Positions 1 through 10,757 of a DNA stretch of 64,000 nt are shown here, one piece after another. Source of the stretch: an uncultured Chloroflexia bacterium (GTDB taxonomy: Bacteria; Chloroflexota; Limnocylindria; Limnocylindrales; CSP1-4); contig CAWHYQ010000007.1 of the NCBI GenBank assembly GCA_963833705.1, positions 3,982 through 67,981 on the forward strand, read 5' to 3'. A program made the position numbers and the translations under genes. Positions within the stretch are counted from its first letter, which is position 1; every line of letters begins with the position of its first letter. Below the pieces are notes generated by a model. It was not told where the DNA came from. It made no database searches and saw only the letters and a list, made by a program, of their open reading frames with translations.

Positions 1-599
1 GCGAACAGCGCCACAGCCGAACCGCGCGACCCGAGGACGTTCCCGAACCGGACGCTGGCGAACGTGGTCGGGTGTCCGCCGCGATAGTTGGTCGCCGCGC
101 TGACCAGCTTCTCGGCCAGCAGTTTCGATGCGCCCATCACCGAGGTTGGGTTCGCCGCCTTGTCGGACGAGGTCAGGATCATCGTCCGGACGCCGGCCGC
201 GAGGCAGGCATCGATGACGTTCTGCGTGCCGGTGACGTTGGTCTGGGTCGCCTCGAACGGGTTGTACTCGCCCGACTCCACGTGCTTGAGAGCCGCGCAG
301 TGGAACACCAGGTCGACGCCCTCGGCGGCCCTGGTCAGGCGGTCCCGATCGCGGATGTCGCCGATCAGGAACCGGATATCGGGCCGATCGCCATACCGCT
401 GGCGCTGGTAGAACTGCTTCGTCTCATCCCGACCGAAGACCCGGACGACCTCCGGTTCGAGGCGCAACAGGTGGTCCACGAGACGGGCGCCGATGGTCCC
501 GGAGCCACCGGTCACGAGGATGCGCCGGCCGCGATAACTGAGGGGCGTGGTGATCGTGGACTCCTCGGTCGGATGGTGGGCGAGGGCGGCGCCCGGCAC
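1..599 (-). CDS. Polysaccharide biosynthesis protein / UDP-GlcNAc 4,6-dehydratase-like SDR (3' end runs off the window)
   Basis: Manual minus-strand translation: ILVTGGSGTIG (Rossmann motif), FHCAALKHV, SSDKAANPTSVMGASK, VRFGNVLGSRGS. Start uncertain (GTG 599, or ATC 554 after GAGGAG). Confidence 0.88.
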   Translation of the reverse strand, partial: MPGAALAHHPTEESTITTPLSYRGRRILVTGGSGTIGARLVDHLLRLEPEVVRVFGRDETKQFYQRQRYGDRPDIRFLIGDIRDRDRLTRAAEGVDLVFHCAALKHVESGEYNPFEATQTNVTGTQNVIDACLAAGVRTMILTSSDKAANPTSVMGASKLLAEKLVSAATNYRGGHPTTFASVRFGNVLGSRGSAVALF

Positions 600-700
600 C
601 GGGCCAAGCCCGGACGGGACCGAATCGAAGGTTAGGGTACGATACCGCGGCCCTCCATCCCCGGCGAAACGCCGGCCATGCGACAGGAAGCACCCACTCC

Positions 701-2437
701 ATGACATTCCGAGCGAAACCCGTCGTCAAACGCGCCCACCGGCCAGCGTGGGAAGGGCAGGATCGACGCCACTTCTATCTCAACGTCGGCTTCGGCCTCG
801 TCGTCATCATCGCCGTCGTCATCCTGGCCATCGCGGCCGGGGTCTCCTGGTACAACGAGCACCTCTCGCCGGTCGGCAGCGTCAACGGCGAGAACATCAC
901 CAAGGACGACTTCAACGATCGCCAGGCGATCGAATCGTGGCGTCTCGATCAAGCGGAGCAGCGGATCCGGACCGCGACCGTCGCCGGGCACCTGACCGAG
1001 GCCGAGGCGTCCGCGCAGCAGAACCTCATCGACTCGCAGCGCAACCAGCTCCCGGCGATCACGCTGGAGCGCCTCATCGACACGAAGCTGCAGGCCAGGC
1101 TTGCGGCCGAGCAGGGCATCACGATCACGCCCGCCGACATCGACGCGCGCCTCCTCGTCGAGGCCACCAGCCCGGCCCTGCGCCACAGTTGGGTCATCGC
1201 CGTCAAGCCCGAGACCAGCCCAGGTGCCTTGAGCCCCACCGACGCGCAGAAGGCCGCCGCCAGGGCGAAGGCCGATGCCGCGCTCAAGGACCTCCAGGCC
1301 GGCAAAGCCTGGGAGGATGTCGCCAAGACGGTCTCGACCGACTCGGCGAGCGCGCCCCAGGGCGGCGATCTCGGCTGGCTCCTCGCGGACGACGCCCAGA
1401 TCGACGAGCCGTTCCTCGACGCGGTCTTCGCCGCCGACGTCAACACGCCGACCGCCGTCATCGAAGGCACCGACGGGACCTACCGGATCGGTCGCGCGAC
1501 GGACATCTCACCCGAATCGGTCGACACGGCGTACCAGGCGCGGCTCGGGAACGATCACATCGACCTCGGTAAGTACCGCAACGTCGTCCAGGGCGACGTC
1601 GTCCACGAGAAGCTCCAGGACAAGCTGGTCGCCGACATGACCGGCCCCGGTCCGCAGCGACGGGCGTCCGAGATCTACATCAAGGCCCCGGAGGCCGCGC
1701 CCGGCCCCAAGGACGTCAAGGTCCGCCACATCCTGTACTCGCCGAAGGACGATCCCAACGGCGCGGCGGATCTCGCGACCGACGATCCCTCGTGGCAGCT
1801 CGCCCAGGCCGAGGCGACGGCCACGTACGAGAAGATCAAGGCGAATCCATCGCTGTTCGACTCGATCGCTCGCGCCGAAAGCGACGAGGGCAGCGCCAAG
1901 GGCCCGACCGGGACGGGCGGCAAGCTGCCGTACTACGGTCCGGACAGCAACGTGGACGATGCGTTCAAGGCGGCCATCACCGCACCCGGTCTCACGCCGG
2001 GCACGCTGCTGCCACCTGTCCGCTCGGCCTTCGGCTACCACGTCATCCAGATCATGTACGGCCCGACCGACGAGGACCAGATGAAGGCGCTCAAGGTCAA
2101 GGCCGACGGTGGCGATGACTTCGCCGCGCTCGCCCGCGACAATTCGGACGCGTCGACGGCCTCGACCGGCGGCGATCTCGGCTGGGTCGCGAAGGGCCAG
2201 CTGAACGACCAGCTGACGAGTGCCATCTTCGCCGCACCGATCGACAAGACATCCGACGTCGTCACCGTGGCGAACGACGGCCTGTACCTGTTCAAGGTGT
2301 TTGCCGAGGAGACTCGAACGCCGGAGGGCAGGCAGCTGGAGCTGCTCCGCTCGAGCGCGTTCTCGAATTGGTACGACGCCAAGAAGGCCGCGGCGACGAT
2401 CACTCGCGACGAGACCATCGCGAACCCCACCAGCTAG
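701..2437 (+). CDS. SurA/PrsA-like peptidyl-prolyl isomerase, membrane anchored
   Basis: N-terminal TM helix, SurA-N-like region, repeated parvulin motifs (GGDLGW, VRHIL, SAFGYHVI). Confidence 0.88.
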   Translation: MTFRAKPVVKRAHRPAWEGQDRRHFYLNVGFGLVVIIAVVILAIAAGVSWYNEHLSPVGSVNGENITKDDFNDRQAIESWRLDQAEQRIRTATVAGHLTEAEASAQQNLIDSQRNQLPAITLERLIDTKLQARLAAEQGITITPADIDARLLVEATSPALRHSWVIAVKPETSPGALSPTDAQKAAARAKADAALKDLQAGKAWEDVAKTVSTDSASAPQGGDLGWLLADDAQIDEPFLDAVFAADVNTPTAVIEGTDGTYRIGRATDISPESVDTAYQARLGNDHIDLGKYRNVVQGDVVHEKLQDKLVADMTGPGPQRRASEIYIKAPEAAPGPKDVKVRHILYSPKDDPNGAADLATDDPSWQLAQAEATATYEKIKANPSLFDSIARAESDEGSAKGPTGTGGKLPYYGPDSNVDDAFKAAITAPGLTPGTLLPPVRSAFGYHVIQIMYGPTDEDQMKALKVKADGGDDFAALARDNSDASTASTGGDLGWVAKGQLNDQLTSAIFAAPIDKTSDVVTVANDGLYLFKVFAEETRTPEGRQLELLRSSAFSNWYDAKKAAATITRDETIANPTS

Positions 2438-2455
2438 ACGGGGAGGAAGCCCGGA

Positions 2456-3640
2456 GTGCTCGACGCGCTGGTCGCGGAGGCGCGGCTCCGATGGGGGCTC
2501 GACCCCGCCATGGGTCTGCAGGTCTTCGCCGGCGAGCGCCTCGTGGCAGCGCCGATCGAGCCGTCGCGACCGCTGCTGGTCGTGCCGTTGGCGGTCCTCC
2601 GGGCGGGTTCGGGCGACGACGGCCCGGCGCTCCCGTTGCCGGGGCGTGCCGGTCCGAGTGGGCGCGACCCGCTGAGCCTGCTTCGCCGACTCTATCCGGC
2701 CGACCATCCGGTCGGGCGGTTCGGGGCGGCCGACGGCGCCACCGTCGGGTCGCTCGAGGCCGTGTTCATCGAGTCGCCCGTCTACCTGGCCCCCGTCGCG
2801 CCGGAACTCGCCGTCGCCGGGCCCTGGGCGATGCCCTGGATCTCGGATCGACTCCGAGCGCCCGACGGTTGCCCGTGGGACCGCGAGCAGACCCACACCA
2901 CGCTCCGCAAGCACCTCCTCGAGGAGGCCTACGAGGTCTATGACGCGCTCGAGGCCGGAGCCACGCCCGGCTTGGCCGGCGAGCTCGGCGACCTGTGGCT
3001 GCAGATCGTCCTGCACGCCCAACTGGCGGCCGAAGCCGGCGTCTTCGACCTCGCCGATGTCCAGGCGGCCATCGCCTCGAAGATCGTCCGTCGCCATCCG
3101 CACGTCTTCGGGGACGCGGTGGCCCGCACGGCGTCCGACGTCAACCGCCAGTGGGAACGGATCAAGGCCGACGAACGCGCCGCCGCTGCCGCCGACGAGG
3201 CCGTCGAGGGCCGGGAGACCGGCGCGGCTGGAGTGTCGGTCACCCCGAAGAGCGCGCTCGATGGCATCAGCCCGTCGATGCCGGCACTCGCGGCCAGCCA
3301 GGAGATGCAGGAGCGCGCGGCCAACCTCGGGTACGACTGGCCCTCGATCGACGGCGTCCTCGACAAGGTCACCGAGGAGGCCGATGAGCTGCGCCGCGCC
3401 GCGTCCGACGCCGAGCGCAGCGAGGAGTTCGGCGACCTCCTGTTCGTGCTCGTCAACGTCGCTCGCCGACGCGGGATCGAGGCGGAGGCCGCGGTGCGCG
3501 ACGCCAATGCGAAGTTCCGACGCCGGTTCGCCAGCGTGGAGCGCGCCGCCGCCGCCCAGGGTGTCGCCCTGCGCGACCTCGACTTCGCCGCGCTCGACGT
3601 CTTGTGGGATGCTGCCAAGGCTGAGGAGAGAGGATCATGA
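2456..3640 (+). CDS. mazG: Nucleoside triphosphate pyrophosphohydrolase MazG with degenerate N-terminal extension
   Basis: [34 protein letters not shown]; tandem MazG domains. Confidence 0.95.
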   Translation: MLDALVAEARLRWGLDPAMGLQVFAGERLVAAPIEPSRPLLVVPLAVLRAGSGDDGPALPLPGRAGPSGRDPLSLLRRLYPADHPVGRFGAADGATVGSLEAVFIESPVYLAPVAPELAVAGPWAMPWISDRLRAPDGCPWDREQTHTTLRKHLLEEAYEVYDALEAGATPGLAGELGDLWLQIVLHAQLAAEAGVFDLADVQAAIASKIVRRHPHVFGDAVARTASDVNRQWERIKADERAAAAADEAVEGRETGAAGVSVTPKSALDGISPSMPALAASQEMQERAANLGYDWPSIDGVLDKVTEEADELRRAASDAERSEEFGDLLFVLVNVARRRGIEAEAAVRDANAKFRRRFASVERAAAAQGVALRDLDFAALDVLWDAAKAEERGS

Positions 3641-4374
3641 CCATCGGCAACCGCCCACCCACCGTTCGTGCCGACGGGCGCGGCCCCAACGACCTGCGCC
3701 CGGTCACCTTCACACTCGGCGTCCAGAAATGGGCCGAGGGGTCGTGTCGGATCCGGGTCGGGGACACGGAGGTCCTGTGCGCGGCGACGATCGTCGATCG
3801 TGTCCCGCCCCACCTCCGCGGCAAAGGCACCGGCTGGGTGACGGCCGAGTACTCGATGCTGCCGCGGGCGACGGCCGAGCGGACCGACCGAGAATCGGTC
3901 AAGGGCAAGATCGGTGGGCGGACGCACGAGATCCAGCGGCTCATCGGGCGGTCATTGCGCGGTGTGGTCGACCTGGCCAAGCTCGGTGAGCGGACCATCA
4001 CCGTCGACTGCGACGTGCTCCAGGCAGATGGCGGCACCCGGACCGCGTCGATCACCGGCGGCTACGTGGCGCTCGCGGCGGCGCTCATCACCTACGGCAT
4101 GGAGCGACATCTGGTCGCCAAGGTGGCGGCCGTGTCGGTCGGGATCGTCAACGGCCTGCCGTATCTCGACCTCGACTACTCCGAGGACTCCCGCGCGGAT
4201 GTCGACTTCAACGTCGTCGGCACGGACGCCGGCGCATACGTCGAGTTGCAGGGGACGGCCGAGGGCATCCCCTTCGACCGTGCCGCGGCCAACGGCCTTC
4301 TCGACCTGGCCGATGGCGGCCTGGCGCGCCTGTTCGAGGCGCAGGCCGCCGTGCTCGCCACCGTCCGGCGGTGA
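3637..4374 (+). CDS. rph: Ribonuclease PH
   Basis: [47 protein letters not shown]. Confidence 0.98.
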   Translation: MTIGNRPPTVRADGRGPNDLRPVTFTLGVQKWAEGSCRIRVGDTEVLCAATIVDRVPPHLRGKGTGWVTAEYSMLPRATAERTDRESVKGKIGGRTHEIQRLIGRSLRGVVDLAKLGERTITVDCDVLQADGGTRTASITGGYVALAAALITYGMERHLVAKVAAVSVGIVNGLPYLDLDYSEDSRADVDFNVVGTDAGAYVELQGTAEGIPFDRAAANGLLDLADGGLARLFEAQAAVLATVRR

Positions 4375-5003
4375 CCGACCGCCGCCTGCTCGTCGCCACG
4401 CGATCGGTCCACAAGCTGCGTGAGCTGCGCGAGCTGCTGGACCTGCCCGGTACCGAGCTGGTCTCGCTGGACGATCTCGGGATCGAGGGCGACCCGGTCG
4501 AGGACGGCGCCACCTTCCACACGAATGCGGCCATCAAGGCACGCTTCGGCCTTCGTGCCGCCGGCATCCCGACCCTGGCCGACGACTCCGGGATCGAGGT
4601 GGACGCGCTGGGCGGTGCACCCGGCGTGCTGACCCGGCGATACGCCGGGGAACAGGCCTCCGACGCCGACAACAATGCCAAGCTTCTAAGGGTCCTCGAC
4701 GGCCTGCCGGCGGAGCGTCGAGGCGCACGCTACGTGTGTGTGCTGGCGCTCGCGACGCCCGACGCTGTCGGTACGCAAGGCGGCCTCCGAGTCGTCGCGA
4801 CCCGTGGCACGTGTCGCGGCCGGATCGCGACCGCGCCACGCGGGACGGGCGGGTTCGGTTACGACCCGATCTTCGAGCCCGCATCGGAGCCGCCCGGCGG
4901 ACGGACGCTGGGCCTGTGGACCTCGGCCGAGAAGCACGCCATCTCGCACCGCGCCCGGGCCGCCCGGCGGATGACGTCGCGGCTCTTGGATCTCGGGTTC
5001 TGA
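4371..5003 (+). CDS. rdgB: Non-canonical purine NTP pyrophosphatase (Ham1/RdgB)
   Basis: [32 protein letters not shown]; coupled to rph. Confidence 0.95.
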   Translation: MTDRRLLVATRSVHKLRELRELLDLPGTELVSLDDLGIEGDPVEDGATFHTNAAIKARFGLRAAGIPTLADDSGIEVDALGGAPGVLTRRYAGEQASDADNNAKLLRVLDGLPAERRGARYVCVLALATPDAVGTQGGLRVVATRGTCRGRIATAPRGTGGFGYDPIFEPASEPPGGRTLGLWTSAEKHAISHRARAARRMTSRLLDLGF

Positions 5004-5005
5004 CG

Positions 5006-5584
5006 GTGCGGCGCCTGTGCGTGTTCTGTGGTGCGAACCCGGGTCGCTCGCCCGGCTACGTCGAGCTCGCGGGATCGGTCGGTGCCGGGCTGGCGGGTCG
5101 TGGCATCGGCCTCGTATACGGCGGTGGGCGCGTCGGCCTCATGGGGGCGCTGGCCGATGCGGCACTGGCCGCGGGCGGCGAGGTCATCGGCGTCATCCCG
5201 CGCGGGATGGTCGATCGTGAGTTGGCCCACCCGGGCCTGACGGAACTCCGCATCGTGGAGACGCTCCACGAACGCAAGGCGGTCATGGCCGAGCTGTCGG
5301 ACGGCTTCATCGCCCTGCCCGGGGGTCTCGGCACCCTCGAGGAACTGGCCGAGGTCGCCTCCTGGGCCCAGCTGGACCTGCACGCCAAGCCGATCGGGCT
5401 GCTCGGCCCCGGCGGCTACTGGGACGCGCTGGAGGCCTGGCTCGATGGTGCGGTTCACGAGGGATTCCTCGCCCCCGAGCACCGGCGCCTGGTCGCGGTC
5501 GATGCGGATCTCGCGGCGTTGCTGAGGCGGTTCGAGGGCTGGCAGGCGCCCGGCGCCCGGTGGGATCTCGGGCCCGGTATCTGA
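5006..5584 (+). CDS. LOG family nucleotide monophosphate nucleosidase (TIGR00730)
   Basis: CVFCGA, LVYGGGRVGLMG, PGGLGTLEE. Confidence 0.93.
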   Translation: MRRLCVFCGANPGRSPGYVELAGSVGAGLAGRGIGLVYGGGRVGLMGALADAALAAGGEVIGVIPRGMVDRELAHPGLTELRIVETLHERKAVMAELSDGFIALPGGLGTLEELAEVASWAQLDLHAKPIGLLGPGGYWDALEAWLDGAVHEGFLAPEHRRLVAVDADLAALLRRFEGWQAPGARWDLGPGI

Positions 5585-5594
5585 ACCGGCGGTG

Positions 5595-7007
5595 CTACGG
5601 CGCCGTTGACGCCGCGGGCTTGGCCGGTTTCGGGGTCGCCGCAGGCTTTGGCGTCTTGGGGGCCTTGGTCGGCTTCGGCGTCGGCCAGTCGGCGGGCGCG
5701 GTTCCCGGCGTCGAGAACAGCGCCCCGGCCATCGCCCGGATGGCCGGCACGTCCGGCTCCTGTGAGTCGCCGAAGCGGGTCGACTTCGGGTGGACCAGCG
5801 GGAACTTGATCACGACGCTCGTGACGGCCTTCCGGCCCACGCCGTCGATGACCGCGGCGAGCGCCGGGAGCTGCTCGGTCGGGACGTTCGTGTGGACCGT
5901 CTTGCCGACCGCATCGAGCAGGGCCGGCAGCTGGAACAGGAGGCTGCCACCGCGGGTCACCCCGTTGCGCAACGCGACGAGGATCTGCTGCTGGCGAGCG
6001 GCCCGCGTGAAGTCGCTCTCGCCGAGGGCCTTGCGTGACCGAGCGTAGGCGAGCGCGTTGGCGCCATCGAGGTGGTGCGGCCCGGCGGTGATCGACCAGC
6101 CGCGCTGCTCGAACCCGACGCCGTCGTAGGTCGGGTCCTCGAACCCGCGCGGCACGACCACGTCGACCCCGCCCACGGCATCGACCATGTCGATGAACCC
6201 GCTGAAGTCGATCTCCGCGTAGTAGTGGATCGGGACCCCGAGGAGGGCCCCGGCGGCGTCCTCGAGGGCGCGCATCCCTCCGCCCGGGAACTCGTCCTTG
6301 TGGCTGTTGCCGTACTGGTAGAGCGAGTTCAACTTCGGGCCGTAGACGTTGCCGTCGGGCAATGGCGTGTCGATCAGGTCCCGCGGGATCGACACGATGG
6401 AGACCGTGTGCCCGACCGGGTCGAGCGAGGCGACCATCATCGTGTCGGTCAGCGTGGACGTCCGCCGGCCCGTCTTGTCGATGCCCACGATCAGCACGTT
6501 GATCCGCTGGCCGTCGTTCGGGAGCTTCGCCGCGACCCCCTCCTCGCCCGAGGCACCCAGGACCTCACCGCTGAAGATGCTGGCAAACGTGGTGCCGAGC
6601 ATCGACCCGTAGCGGTACACGGCGAGGTGGGGAAGGACGACCAGGAGGACGAGGATGACGATCCCGATGGCGCCAAGGCGGCCTGTCGGGCCCGTCCGGC
6701 GGGTGTCGAGGAAGGCCTGTCCGACCGACGTCAATCGCCAGGCCAGGATGATCATGTTGAGCGACAGCAGCGTCCCGAGGACCTGCGGCCCCACGACCCA
6801 GGCCGCGAGGCTGGCCGGCGACTGGGACTGCAGCAGCAGGACGGCCAGCAGCAGCAGGATCAGTGAGGGGAGGAGGAACAGGGCGGCCAGGCGAGGTCGT
6901 CCGTTGAACAGTTGACCCAGCCCTGGCAGCACGGCCGACAGGCCCGCCGCGGCGAGGCGGCGACGATCGGTGGGTCCGGTGGCGGGCCGGATCCTGGTGG
7001 CTTGCAC
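5595..7007 (-). CDS. LCP (LytR-CpsA-Psr) family cell-wall glycopolymer ligase
   Basis: TM helices, then TDTMMV, SIPRD, ALAYARSR, SDFTRAARQQ. Confidence 0.93.
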   Translation of the reverse strand: MQATRIRPATGPTDRRRLAAAGLSAVLPGLGQLFNGRPRLAALFLLPSLILLLLAVLLLQSQSPASLAAWVVGPQVLGTLLSLNMIILAWRLTSVGQAFLDTRRTGPTGRLGAIGIVILVLLVVLPHLAVYRYGSMLGTTFASIFSGEVLGASGEEGVAAKLPNDGQRINVLIVGIDKTGRRTSTLTDTMMVASLDPVGHTVSIVSIPRDLIDTPLPDGNVYGPKLNSLYQYGNSHKDEFPGGGMRALEDAAGALLGVPIHYYAEIDFSGFIDMVDAVGGVDVVVPRGFEDPTYDGVGFEQRGWSITAGPHHLDGANALAYARSRKALGESDFTRAARQQQILVALRNGVTRGGSLLFQLPALLDAVGKTVHTNVPTEQLPALAAVIDGVGRKAVTSVVIKFPLVHPKSTRFGDSQEPDVPAIRAMAGALFSTPGTAPADWPTPKPTKAPKTPKPAATPKPAKPAASTAP

Positions 7008-7234
7008 GAAGGTTTCGGGTCCTCGTTCGGGCTCTGCGGCGACCCGGCGAACCGGGTGGCCACGGCCGAGTCTAGCGGGAGATCGCGTTCGCAGCTACCC
7101 CTGAACATGGGGACGCCGGGCGATCGATCAGCCTGCCAGTGATCGCCCGGCGTCTGGTCCTATGACGGGCCGTTCGGTCGCAGCGTGACGCGAGGCGTCG
7201 GGTACGATGCCCCCGTGGACCGCTGGAGGCTGGT

Positions 7235-8155
7235 ATGACCGACCGGAATCTCCGCATCGTCACGGGCGCCATGGCCGTCGCGCTCGTGATCGTCGTGGGT
7301 TGGACGGTCCTGATCATCGGGTCGCGAGACCGATCGTCCGGCTCGACATCACCGAGCGCGGGAGCCTCCGCGACAGCGGGCTCGACGGGCTCGCCGGGTG
7401 CTTCGGCGATCGCGGGCGCGTCCAGCGCCGCGTCCGGTGGCGCGTCGGCGGCGCCCTCCAAGGCGGCGACGCCCAAGCCATCGACCAAGCCGAGCCCCAC
7501 ACCCTCAGCGACGGCGGCCCCGGTGCCGTCGGCGACTCTCACGTTCGTCGAGTTGATGCTCGACGCGACCACCAATTCGGCGGGCCAGGCGCGGACCATC
7601 ACGTTCACCAGCGACGGACCAGGCTCCATCACCGCAGCCCTCACGACCAGCACGGGGGGCAAGACCCGCATGTGCCTCAAGCGCGGGACCCAGGCGGAGA
7701 CCTGTCAGGACTGGACGAAGGGCACCCTCACGGGTACCACGACGCAGGCGCACACGAACTGGCGCGTCACGGTCCAGGGCTCCGGGAGCGCCACGCCGAC
7801 GGTCTCGGTCAAGCTGACCTACGCGGCGGTCGCGCCCAAGGTGAAGATGACCCATGCACGGTTCGATGGGACCGCGTCGCCGGGCCTGAACGGGATCCAG
7901 GCCCGGTTCGTGCCACGCGCGGGCGGTCAGGCCAACCTCGCGGCCTCGTGGGGCGGCCATCCCTTCACCTACGAGGTCGACCTGTTCAACGAGACGACCA
8001 ACGCCGGTGGCGGGTCGTTCCAGAGTGACGGTCCCGCGACGAAGATGAACCAGTCGTACGCGGTCACCGCGAGCGATACCTGGCGGATCCTGCTCCAGAA
8101 CACCGAGTCAGGCGCCGGTACCACCGACATGACCGCCATCATCAGCTGGCCCTGA
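7235..8155 (+). CDS. Membrane-anchored extracellular protein with S/T/P-rich linker
   Basis: GGAGG RBS, single TM helix, low-complexity linker, beta-rich C-terminus; good codon bias. Confidence 0.7.
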   Translation: MTDRNLRIVTGAMAVALVIVVGWTVLIIGSRDRSSGSTSPSAGASATAGSTGSPGASAIAGASSAASGGASAAPSKAATPKPSTKPSPTPSATAAPVPSATLTFVELMLDATTNSAGQARTITFTSDGPGSITAALTTSTGGKTRMCLKRGTQAETCQDWTKGTLTGTTTQAHTNWRVTVQGSGSATPTVSVKLTYAAVAPKVKMTHARFDGTASPGLNGIQARFVPRAGGQANLAASWGGHPFTYEVDLFNETTNAGGGSFQSDGPATKMNQSYAVTASDTWRILLQNTESGAGTTDMTAIISWP

Positions 8156-8296
8156 CCGAGAAGGTCCTCGGGGGTCCCCGGGCCGGAACAGTACTTGTTC
8201 ATGCCCGGATGGGGTCGGTCGTCATCTGTCGCGAGGCCCGTGAGCGCGGTACGGTCCCCCCGGATGACACACGACCCAGCCCACGGAGGCTCAGCA

Positions 8297-9046
8297 GTGA
8301 CCAGGCAGCGCACCGCGCGGCGAGCGACTCGCCTCCGCGCCATCCGGATGGTCATCGTCGAACACCACGCACTCGTGCGAGCGGTGCTGCGCCAGATCGT
8401 CGAAGATGGATCGGACATCGATATCGTGGCCGAGGCCATCGACATCGATGACGCCATCGAACTGATGCGCCATGACCCGGCGGATGTCGTCCTCGTCGAT
8501 ACGGAGGACTCCATCACGAAGGTTGTGCCGTCGATCCGTCGGCTGCGCCGTGAGTACCCGGAAACACCTGTCGTCCTGCTCGGTCACCTCCGCGACGACG
8601 ACGAACTGTTCGCGGCCATCCAGACCGGCGCGGCGGCGCACGTCCTCGACGACACGCCCCCGAGCGAGCTCCTCCAGACCATCCGCGACGTGGCCGACGG
8701 CCAGTACGTCATCGACGACGCGGTCGCGGCACGCCCGGCGGTGGCCAGGCACGTGCTGGAGGCCTTCCGCGACGCCTCGCTCTTCGGCGAGGTCGTGGAG
8801 GACGAGACGGTCGACGTGGCCTTCGCCCCGCTGTCACCGCGCGAAGCCGAAGTCCTCGATGCGATCGCGCACGGCCTGACGAACAAGGGCGTGGCCGAGG
8901 CGCTGTCGATCAGCGAGCAGACGGTGAAGAACCACGTGACGAGCATCCTGCGCAAGCTCGCGGTCAACCACCGCACGCAGGCCGTCCTCCACGCACTCAA
9001 GAACAACTGGATCTCCGACACAGAAGAACCGACCCGGTTCGACTGA
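8297..9046 (+). CDS. NarL/LuxR family response regulator
   Basis: Receiver domain plus LSPREAEVL...GLTNKGVAEALSISEQTVKNHVTSILRKL; GGAGG before GTG 8297. Confidence 0.92.
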   Translation: MTRQRTARRATRLRAIRMVIVEHHALVRAVLRQIVEDGSDIDIVAEAIDIDDAIELMRHDPADVVLVDTEDSITKVVPSIRRLRREYPETPVVLLGHLRDDDELFAAIQTGAAAHVLDDTPPSELLQTIRDVADGQYVIDDAVAARPAVARHVLEAFRDASLFGEVVEDETVDVAFAPLSPREAEVLDAIAHGLTNKGVAEALSISEQTVKNHVTSILRKLAVNHRTQAVLHALKNNWISDTEEPTRFD

Positions 9047-9058
9047 ACCGGGTCGGTT
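9027..9058. terminator. Probable bidirectional terminator hairpin
   Basis: Perfect 14-bp inverted repeat AACCGACCCGGTTC-gact-GAACCGGGTCGGTT between convergent genes. Confidence 0.6.
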
Positions 9059-9104
9059 GATGAGTGCCGTGTCGGCGGCCTGAGCGCCGCCTCGTGACCG
9101 TGGG

Positions 9105-9365
9105 TTAGACCCCGGTCGTTCCCGTCTCGTTGAGCTCGGTCTCGGCGTCGTCGCCGGTTCCCGTGTGATCGCGGAACGCGACCAGGCGCTGGACCTCGCC
9201 CAGGGTCCATGAACTGTCACCCACCAGCAGGTCCGACAGGAACGTGATGACGGCCGTATCGTCCGCCTCGGTGGTCGTCCGGCGGGCGTGCCGGAGGCGT
9301 CGTTTTGCCGCGATCTGCGCGGCCGGATCACCGCCGACTCGTCGGCTGTGCCGCTGTAGCGTCAT
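9105..9365 (-). CDS. Small hypothetical protein
   Basis: GAGGG then ATG 9365, 86 aa (MTLQRHSRR...); frame is open further upstream. Confidence 0.5.
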   Translation of the reverse strand: MTLQRHSRRVGGDPAAQIAAKRRLRHARRTTTEADDTAVITFLSDLLVGDSSWTLGEVQRLVAFRDHTGTGDDAETELNETGTTGV

Positions 9366-9900
9366 GAGAGAACCCTCGTGGACGTCGGTTGTTCCAACGG
9401 CACGCGAGCGGGATATGTCGAGCCCGCGCACGCGCGAGCCGAAGGGAATCGATCGACGGTCGACGTCGGCGTCGAACGATCCGGACCACGCCATGGCGCG
9501 GGCGAGCCGATGGGGCTCAGCCGGCGCGGATCGAGAGTGAGAAACGAACGATCGAAAAAGAGAGAGATCGAATGAGTGCTGGAGAGCTGGCGTTCCGCGC
9601 CGTAGGCGAGAATCCTTCTTCGGTTGTATCCCGACGTTGCCATCGCTCGCGGTGGATGACCATAGGCGATAGGTCCCGGCCAAGGGCGTTTGCGGTGCGC
9701 GGATGCACATAGCCCATCCGGTGCTACACCACAGACATGCGGGTCTTGGCGGAGAGGCCTCCCTGCCTTCTTCGTCAAGTCCGCGGCGCGCCCGGGCGCC
9801 AAGCATGCGAGGCTCAGGAAGCGGACACTCTGCCATGAGTCACGCACCAGACAGGGATCGAGTCTGGCTGGCGTGGGGTGCGAACACGGAGGAGGAGACC

Positions 9901-10713
9901 ATGACAGCCGCAACGAACACCGGTGAGCCGCTCCTCGCCTGGCTCTCCCGCCGCACCGAGGCGGCGCGCCGTGGCGACGTGGAATTCGACGACGCGAAGC
10001 TCGAGTACCGTCGCCTGTTCAGCGAGGTCTGGGGCACGTTCCTGCTCGTCCTCGTCGCGGGAGGCGGCGGAGTGGTGGGGGCGCTGCCCGTCGGTGGCGA
10101 TCTCACGCTGGCGATGAAGGCGCTCGCGCCGGGGATGATGGTGATGGGGATCATCTTCTTCATGGGAACGATCTCCGGGGCACACCTCAATCCCGCGGTC
10201 ACGCTGGCGTTCGCCGTGCGGGGTAACTTCCCGTGGCGGCGGGTGCCCGGCTACATCGTGGCCGAGGTGGTCGGCGCCATCCTGGCATCAGTCTTCCTGC
10301 AGCTGGTGTACGGCGGCATCCTCAACGGCGCCACAGAGCCCGGAGCGGGTATCTCGGACGGGACCGCCGTCGTCACCGAGGCGATCCTGACCGTGGGTCT
10401 CGTCAGCGTGATCATGGGGACGGCCGCGGGGGCTCGCAACGTCGGGTTCAATGGCGCGATCGCCGTCGGCGCGTACATCGGGCTTGTTTCCGTCTGGGGC
10501 GCACCGATCTCGGGCGCATCGATGAACCCGGCCCGCTCACTCGGTCCGATGCTCATCGGTGGCGATCTCACTCACTACTGGGTCTACCTCGTCGGCCCCA
10601 TCGTTGGCGCGATGATCGCGGTCGGGTTCGAGTTGGTCCTCCGGGGCAGGGCCACGAAGGCCGGAGCCGAGGCCGCCCAGGGCATCCTCGACGAGGATCC
10701 CACCGGGATCTGA
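9901..10713 (+). CDS. Aquaporin (MIP family)
   Basis: Two NPA motifs (HLNPAVT, SMNPARS); GGAGGAG RBS. Confidence 0.95.
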   Translation: MTAATNTGEPLLAWLSRRTEAARRGDVEFDDAKLEYRRLFSEVWGTFLLVLVAGGGGVVGALPVGGDLTLAMKALAPGMMVMGIIFFMGTISGAHLNPAVTLAFAVRGNFPWRRVPGYIVAEVVGAILASVFLQLVYGGILNGATEPGAGISDGTAVVTEAILTVGLVSVIMGTAAGARNVGFNGAIAVGAYIGLVSVWGAPISGASMNPARSLGPMLIGGDLTHYWVYLVGPIVGAMIAVGFELVLRGRATKAGAEAAQGILDEDPTGI

Positions 10714-10757
10714 TCGGTGACATCGAGACCACCGATCGCCGCTGAGGTTCGCGTCTC

